This document shows, piece by piece, positions 59,002-64,000 of a DNA stretch of 64,000 nucleotides. The notes below the pieces were generated by a model. The model was not told where the DNA came from and did no database searches. It was given only the letters and a program-made list of their open reading frames with translations. Numbering within the stretch: the stretch's first letter is position 1; each line of letters begins with the position of its first letter. The position numbers and the translations under genes were made by a program. Source of the stretch: a virus; the IMG/VR virus record IMGVR_UViG_3300046808_001035; one strand, written 5' to 3'.

Positions 59002-60039
59002 TTAACCTTTCTTCATGTCGTAGGGTTGATTCATTACCTTGAGACTCCACCAATCTTGCTGCAGAGCTTGCGACCTAATAGCGTAAATAGGTCGAATAAC
59101 GATACCTTCAGCTTCAGCTCTACCGTGGTCGTATTTTGTACTGTTAGCCATCTCTTGCAGCTCTTCTATGCTGGGCGAATTGTCTGAGAAGGTGAACCTC
59201 GATACCTCAGGTACATGAGGAATTTTGAATGACTCACAGAAGCTTTTTACTGCATCCCAGGGGAACCATACATGCTTATTCACATCTCTGATCTGATAAA
59301 CCATAAATGTTAGGCTATCAAGCTTCATAGGATTTTTTTGAATCCCAGGACCACAAACTTCTCCTTGCAGCGCAAATGAGTTTGGCTGCTTTTTAAGTAT
59401 TTCCTCGAGGTTATATTTTTCAGCTACCTGCCAGAAACAATTATTAGCAGACTTGGCAAACTCAGTATTTCTACCACAAACATAGAACTGCCCATCTTTG
59501 TAGATGAATGTCCCGCTGCTGCCATCACATTTCAATGTAGCTACAAATTCAACATTTTTAAACTGTGCGGAATACCTGGCTTCTTCAAGAGCCTCTGGCT
59601 CATTTCTAAAATTGAGCTCGTCTGTTTTTCTTACGATATGTGTTGGGAACGGAGCCTTTACCTCTCCTGACGTAGACGCACTTGCTGGAGCTACCCACTT
59701 TTCAATATCAAGTAGTACGCTAACTTCTTCACCTTCGCTAAAAAACCTTTCTGTGTACCTATCTGTGAGTACGCTGAGAGGTAACACCAACCCTGCACTA
59801 TATTGCCCACGCATCTTAACTGTCTTGATCCTGGTTTTATCTTCGCCAGTGTATGTCTCATCTACATACTTTTTAGGTGCATATGAGTCAGGGAAGACCA
59901 TCACTACGAGGTCTCCTACACTATACAAACCTTTCCTGACTACCACATGCCAGCCTAATACAGCGGCGCGTTCAATTCTATCTGCTCCTTCAATAGGAGC
60001 TAATTCTAATACTTTTGCGATTACTGCTAGTTTTTCCAT
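59002..60039 (-). CDS. ATP-dependent RNA ligase, DRB0094 family
   Basis: N-terminal PIEGADRIE..V.GW.VVV.KG OB domain; KCDGSS, QGEVCGPGIQKN, EGIV.R, SLK motifs. Confidence 0.9.
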   Translation of the reverse strand: MEKLAVIAKVLELAPIEGADRIERAAVLGWHVVVRKGLYSVGDLVVMVFPDSYAPKKYVDETYTGEDKTRIKTVKMRGQYSAGLVLPLSVLTDRYTERFFSEGEEVSVLLDIEKWVAPASASTSGEVKAPFPTHIVRKTDELNFRNEPEALEEARYSAQFKNVEFVATLKCDGSSGTFIYKDGQFYVCGRNTEFAKSANNCFWQVAEKYNLEEILKKQPNSFALQGEVCGPGIQKNPMKLDSLTFMVYQIRDVNKHVWFPWDAVKSFCESFKIPHVPEVSRFTFSDNSPSIEELQEMANSTKYDHGRAEAEGIVIRPIYAIRSQALQQDWWSLKVMNQPYDMKKG

Positions 60040-60894
60040 AAGTTTAGTTTTTTAACATTTCAAATAGTTGGTCTAGGATTTCTTCAGCTAATATGTCCTC
60101 TACAAGATCGCCATCCTGATCATAAACATCAGCTTCGAACCATTTCTCTGAGTCATCAAGTGTGGTAATTTTAGCTAGGTATTTAAGTTCTTTGTACTCG
60201 AGCCACACATTCTTTTTGTGCTCAACTGCAACGCTTATTATGTCCATAGTCTAGTCTTTTAACTGCTGTTTGATTTCTTCCATACTGTCGTGAGCCACAC
60301 TCCAATCCATCTCTAGCTCTATACGATCTGCTGTGTACTCCCAGTCTTCGTCGTCCTCAGTTCCAAAACTCTCTGCTGTCCAGTATGCGAATACAATGTT
60401 TTTTACCCCTTCGTGCTTCGCTTCTTCTAGTTGTTGAATTGCTGTGTCTATGTCCATAGGTTTATACGTACATTGCAGACTCGTACCCATCATCTCCCTT
60501 CACAACATCTTCTAGTGTGTATACATTACCAGCTATAGCTATCTCCTCTGGCCAATCACTATAAGGAAAAGCTTTTCCCTTGAATAAATCCACAAGCTTT
60601 CCATCTTTTGTTCTTCTTGCAGCCAAGTCAAAACCTGCAAGAAAGGTGCTGAGTGTTTCGTCTGACAATACTGTCGGTTCTCCACGTTCTGATTCTCTCA
60701 TAGTCTTTTATAGTTTTATGTTTTCAACATCATACGCCACAATATGATAACTCATGCCTGTTTTTTTATCTGGATCTTCTTCTAATAGTAGTTGTTTCGT
60801 CTCTGCTGATTCTTCTGTTTCGTGAACACTATCAACATGTTCCCAAAATTCAGCACCATCGAAGCGATTACCAAATACTAAATAAACTTTCATA

Positions 60895-61095
60895 TTACTC
60901 TGTGATGTATTTGAATTGTACGCTGCCGTCTTTACCTGCTGCCCAGTATGCTGCACCCACAGCTACTGCCTGTTCTTGTGTATTACGTTTCGTTACAAGT
61001 GCCCCGGCGCATGCTCCCATAGTAAAGACGAGGAGCAATGCGCCAATTAATACCAGAAGACCTCCTGGCTCAATTTCCCATGCATGATCAAACAT
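60895..61095 (-). CDS. Small single-TM family member
   Basis: TM then AVAVGAAYW....G..QFKY. Confidence 0.7.
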   Translation of the reverse strand: MFDHAWEIEPGGLLVLIGALLLVFTMGACAGALVTKRNTQEQAVAVGAAYWAAGKDGSVQFKYITE

Positions 61096-61097
61096 AA

Positions 61098-61283
61098 TTA
61101 TTCTGTGATGTATTTGAACTCAGGGTTGCCGTATTTATCTGGTGTCCAGTATGCAACACCTGCGGCTACTGCTTTTCTCTTCATTTCATCTTTTTGAGAT
61201 TCTGCACCTATAAGCACCATGAACAAAGAGTACAAGACAATCACTAGGATTGTTGACAGTATGAATCCAGCGTCATCTTTCAT
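61098..61283 (-). CDS. Small single-TM family member
   Basis: TM then AVAAGVAYW..D..G.PEFKY. Confidence 0.7.
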   Translation of the reverse strand: MKDDAGFILSTILVIVLYSLFMVLIGAESQKDEMKRKAVAAGVAYWTPDKYGNPEFKYITE

Positions 61284-61284
61284 A

Positions 61285-61461
61285 TTATTTAGTATTCCAC
61301 ACGAATGCTGAATTTCCGTCTTTGTCGGTAACATAGTAAGCCGCACCATTGCGTGCAGCCTCTTTTCTGATCTCTTCTTTACCACTCATATTACCGCAGA
61401 TAACACCGAAAATGAATGTGAGTACCGAGACAAGCATAAATAAAAATTCTTCAGGGTGCAT
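61285..61461 (-). CDS. Small single-TM family member
   Basis: TM then EAARNGAAYY..D.DG...FVW. Confidence 0.7.
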   Translation of the reverse strand: MHPEEFLFMLVSVLTFIFGVICGNMSGKEEIRKEAARNGAAYYVTDKDGNSAFVWNTK

Positions 61462-61462
61462 A

Positions 61463-61864
61463 TTATTCGTTTTCATCCCAGCAGAACACGACATTGTCAT
61501 ATCCCGCTAGTTCTTCAGTTAGGTTGTGTTTGATTACTAGTTCCCAGATCATATATCTGTTGGCTAGACCTGCTCCAAGTTTTGAAATGTAAAACTTACG
61601 AGTAGGATTTTTGACAATATGCTCTTTTAGTTGATTTAAGAGCTTGAAGAAAACCTTGCTATACTCGTCTACTGTGTAGCAAGACTTTGGTTGATGATCT
61701 GGAGCTTTTTTAGTGACAAACCCTATAGCTCTTGGATGGTGTCTTAGCTTGGCAGCTCCTCCTGTTCCTCTTTGCTCTAGATTGTCTCCAAACACAAAAA
61801 ATGCGTTAGGATCTTTATTGAGGAACTCTTCTGTGACGATTAGGTTCTCGTATTTTGCATGCAT
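61463..61864 (-). CDS. Macrodomain-like phage protein
   Basis: FVFGDN....G.GGAA..R....IG..TK...LGAGLA. Confidence 0.55.
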   Translation of the reverse strand: MHAKYENLIVTEEFLNKDPNAFFVFGDNLEQRGTGGAAKLRHHPRAIGFVTKKAPDHQPKSCYTVDEYSKVFFKLLNQLKEHIVKNPTRKFYISKLGAGLANRYMIWELVIKHNLTEELAGYDNVVFCWDENE

Positions 61865-62307
61865 TACAGCTGAGGTTTTTCGTACTTGGTGTTTCTAGTG
61901 AGGATGAACCCTTTGTGCGTGGAGCTAAACTCTAGCACATAGACTCTATTATTAGCATCACCCTCTACAACAGCTCCTGCAAAGTTGCCACCTTTTGCTA
62001 GAATAAAACCAAATCTGCTTTCAGGTACGTTGAGTATTTTCCCATATATCTTTAAAGCTTCAGCGCTTTCTTCAATTTCTGTAACTTGTCCTTTATAGCA
62101 AAACAAGTCTGTTCTATATAGCGACACAAGTTTACCCACCTCGAGCTTTATAACTTGAGACGGGATGACTACTCCGTTATTGTCTGTGAGCGGTACTTCA
62201 CCTTCGATTCTAAGCTTTAGTCCAGGAATTATTTTTTCTTCTGCTTTGATTCCTGCGTCTAGTGTTTGTGCTCCAAGCAATAGGAGCAATACTGGAATAC
62301 ACTTCAT
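61864..62307 (-). CDS. Secreted hypothetical protein
   Basis: Signal peptide MKCIPVLLLLLGAQTLDA. Confidence 0.6.
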   Translation of the reverse strand: MKCIPVLLLLLGAQTLDAGIKAEEKIIPGLKLRIEGEVPLTDNNGVVIPSQVIKLEVGKLVSLYRTDLFCYKGQVTEIEESAEALKIYGKILNVPESRFGFILAKGGNFAGAVVEGDANNRVYVLEFSSTHKGFILTRNTKYEKPQL

Positions 62308-62558
62308 AGTTTACTGTTTTTGTTTTTTTCTGCTTTACTGATTTCGCGTTGAAGGTACCAAGCGGCTTTTTTAAGGTCTTCAACTCTTTTACCTTTGTTT
62401 TCGCAGCGCCAAATATACTTAATCGTGTTACCTAGGTTAAATCCTAGATCAAGCTGCTCAATAACATCAATACACTCAACCCCTGAGATTTGATTATAAT
62501 GCTTAGGGTGATCTACTTGTTCGTTACTACTCTTTGGTTTCTTCTTTGTATTTTTCAT
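62304..62558 (-). CDS. DUF3310 family protein
   Basis: VDHPKHY...ECIDVIE...F.LGN.IKYIWR...K...EDLKKA.WYL. Confidence 0.9.
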   Translation of the reverse strand: MKNTKKKPKSSNEQVDHPKHYNQISGVECIDVIEQLDLGFNLGNTIKYIWRCENKGKRVEDLKKAAWYLQREISKAEKNKNSKL

Positions 62559-63033
62559 ATGCAGCGAAAGCTTCCGCAGAGGTTGTTTTGTCTGCAGACA
62601 TTATGAACTTTAGAACTATACTAGCTAGTTTTCCTATCTTTTCTTGTGCGTCGTTAATCGTGTGAGTAAGACTGCTGATATGCTTATCTTGCCATAGTAG
62701 CTCTTCTCTCAGCTTGAGCTTATCACTCACAAGGCAATGAGGGCAATAGCTTGCTTCCCCGTCTCTGGGGTGGCTAGGTAACTTTGCAAAATTGTGTCCT
62801 AGCGAGCACTTTGCCACGTCTATAGGGCCTGCAACGTCATTTGCTAGTGTTTCATGCTTTACTATACGAAAGCTTACTCTTTGACCCGCAGGTTCTGCTA
62901 GCTCTTTGCGTCTGGCAGTAAGCGCTTGCTCAGCTTCTTCAAGCGTTCCGCAAGCTTGCCAGTGGGTCCAGGGAAAATCTGGAAGCTTAAATTCTACTAG
63001 ATATACTATTTCAGACATAGCACTGCATTAAAG

Positions 63034-63104
63034 TTGGCCGCCCAGGGCTCGAACCTAGAATAAGAGAGTCAAAGTCTCCTGTGTTACCATTACACCAACG
63101 GCCA
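63034..63104 (-). tRNA. tRNA-Gln(UUG), no encoded CCA
   Basis: TGGCCGT...GGAGA CT TTG AC TCTCT...CTAGG TTCGAGC CCTGG GCGGCCA A. Confidence 0.9.
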
Positions 63105-63371
63105 GTTTTTCTTAGCTGCAGCTTTTAATTTACGATGCACTCCTCGAATGTACCCGTTAGCCAACGCTTCTGCAACTTCATATTCTTTTGATTTTGTGTT
63201 TAACAAAATAATGCCCCGCGCCCAGTATATTTCTCGATCTAGTGGATTATACTTATAGTCTACAACACGAAAATACCCTTGCGCGCAAGTGATATCAAAT
63301 ACACGCATTCCGTTTTTGTTATATAGCAGAACTACCTTGCCGCTTACTGTAGTTTCTTCGTAATTTTTCAT
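63090..63371 (-). CDS. Hypothetical protein in the tRNA cluster
   Basis: 93 aa; last codons overlap the tRNA-Gln 5' end. Confidence 0.55.
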   Translation of the reverse strand: MKNYEETTVSGKVVLLYNKNGMRVFDITCAQGYFRVVDYKYNPLDREIYWARGIILLNTKSKEYEVAEALANGYIRGVHRKLKAAAKKNWPLV

Positions 63372-63380
63372 TTGTTGTAG

Positions 63381-63466
63381 TGGTAGGTAGTGTGGGGATC
63401 GAGCCCACCCAGTCTTGCGACGCCAGATTTACAGTCTGGACTGCGTCCTTAGCAGTATAACTACCT
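63381..63466 (-). tRNA. tRNA-Tyr(GUA), atypical
   Basis: AGGTAGT/ACTACCT acceptor, CCAGA CT GTA AA TCTGG, long variable arm, T-loop CTCGATC, CCA. Confidence 0.8.
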
Positions 63467-63468
63467 GT

Positions 63469-63542
63469 TGGAGCGGATGGAGGGAATCGAACCCTCATAG
63501 CTAGTTTGGAAGACTAGAGCATTACCACTATGCTACACCCGC
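63469..63542 (-). tRNA. tRNA-Gly(UCC)
   Basis: GCGGGTG...CTAGT CT TCC AA ACTAG...GAGGG TTCGATT CCCTC CATCCGC T CCA. Confidence 0.93.
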
Positions 63543-63550
63543 AAAAAATT

Positions 63551-63765
63551 GTCTAGTCTCTCCCAGTGTCACACCACTTCTAGAAATCCAGTTAACGCCG
63601 GATACTGGCAGGTGTCGCTCAGGTGTCGTACTTGCCGTGGCAGGCTTACTTATAGAAGCGATTCTGATTATTCGGCAAGCTTCGCTGTCTCTCCAGCTGT
63701 CACACCACTCAGTCGTCCGCGTCCGGACCAAGCGCACCGTGATCTCACAGTACGGCAGGTGTCGC
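63551..63765 (-). ncRNA. Two tandem copies of a structured RNA motif between tRNAs
   Basis: GCGACACCTGCC-(variable)-AGTGGTGTGACA-stem-GAGAGA-stem at 63551-63618 and 63684-63765. Confidence 0.6.
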
Positions 63766-63846
63766 AATTCTCAGCAGGATTCACAGGCTGCTACATTCCA
63801 ATCACAGCCCAACCTATTACCAGGGGGGTCGTGGTTACTGAGAAAT

Positions 63847-63920
63847 TGGTTGCGGGACTAGGAATCGAACCTAGGACTACAGCTTATGAGACTGTCGTTT
63901 TACCACTTCACTATCCCGCG
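63847..63920 (-). tRNA. tRNA-Met(CAU) with initiator-like acceptor stem
   Basis: CGCGGGA/TCCCGCA (C1:A72 mismatch), ACAGT CT CAT AA GCTGT, CCA. Confidence 0.88.
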
Positions 63921-64000
63921 ATTAAGTTGTTAAAGATCAAAAGACTAGCCCCGCATAGCGAGGCCGCTACTGTGTCTACTCATGGCAGATCAGCTTGATG

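Larger units (their letters stand above)
28004..63018 (-). other. Block of roughly 100 tightly packed small minus-strand genes, mostly hypothetical (phage accessory region)
   Basis: ORFs abut or overlap by a few bases (TAATATG, ATGA); only recognisable members are listed separately. Confidence 0.9.

Noticed and set aside
28500-62000. Many plus-strand ORFs (e.g. 38480..39088, 59504..60055)
   Set aside because: They lie opposite well-formed, tightly packed minus-strand genes and have Ser/Phe-rich shadow composition.
63528-63998. ORFs 63528..63767, 63549..63998 and 63637..63861
   Set aside because: They overlap tRNAs and the structured RNA motif and have no protein-like features.
1-64000. Stop-codon reassignment
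   Set aside because: Conserved genes (thyX, RNA ligase, DUF1501) are intact under code 11; TAA, TAG and TGA all end tightly packed genes; no suppressor tRNA seen.

Overview
A 64-kb slice of a large (jumbo-type) tailed dsDNA bacteriophage genome, standard genetic code, almost entirely minus-strand. No cellular housekeeping genes are present. A Tat-signal DUF1501 gene hints at a Verrucomicrobiota/Planctomycetota host (inference). Layout: (1) 1-11.8 kb virion genes: a collagen-like fibre missed by the ORF track, six proteins sharing a ~30-aa leader (AYIEGFVKRAxEYG...KRA) fused to unrelated tails, a modular protein punctuated by K-x-A motifs, DUF1501, a membrane-anchored papain-like peptidase and two nucleases. 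(2) 11.8-15.6 kb: an array of six self-contained promoter-gene-terminator cassettes joined by a conserved junction (terminator-T7-AGCT-N4-GGTACC-polyC-promoter), carrying small secreted/membrane peptides and structured non-coding RNA. (3) 15.6-18 kb tRNA operon with tRNA-Arg(UCU) split by a 599-nt group I intron whose HNH ORF runs through the ribozyme core. (4) 20.9-26.2 kb, the only plus-strand block: putative portal, DksA/TraR-like protein and lysis genes. (5) 28-63 kb: densely packed small ORFs in several expanded paralogue families, plus ThyX, RNA ligase, two nucleotidyltransferases, a metallophosphoesterase, YopX, Lar-like and DUF3310 genes. (6) 63-64 kb tRNA cluster with atypical tRNAs and a tandem structured RNA motif. 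Best candidates for an undescribed system are the cassette array and the shared-leader/K-x-A cargo system. All family names come from motif recognition by eye; no searches were run.
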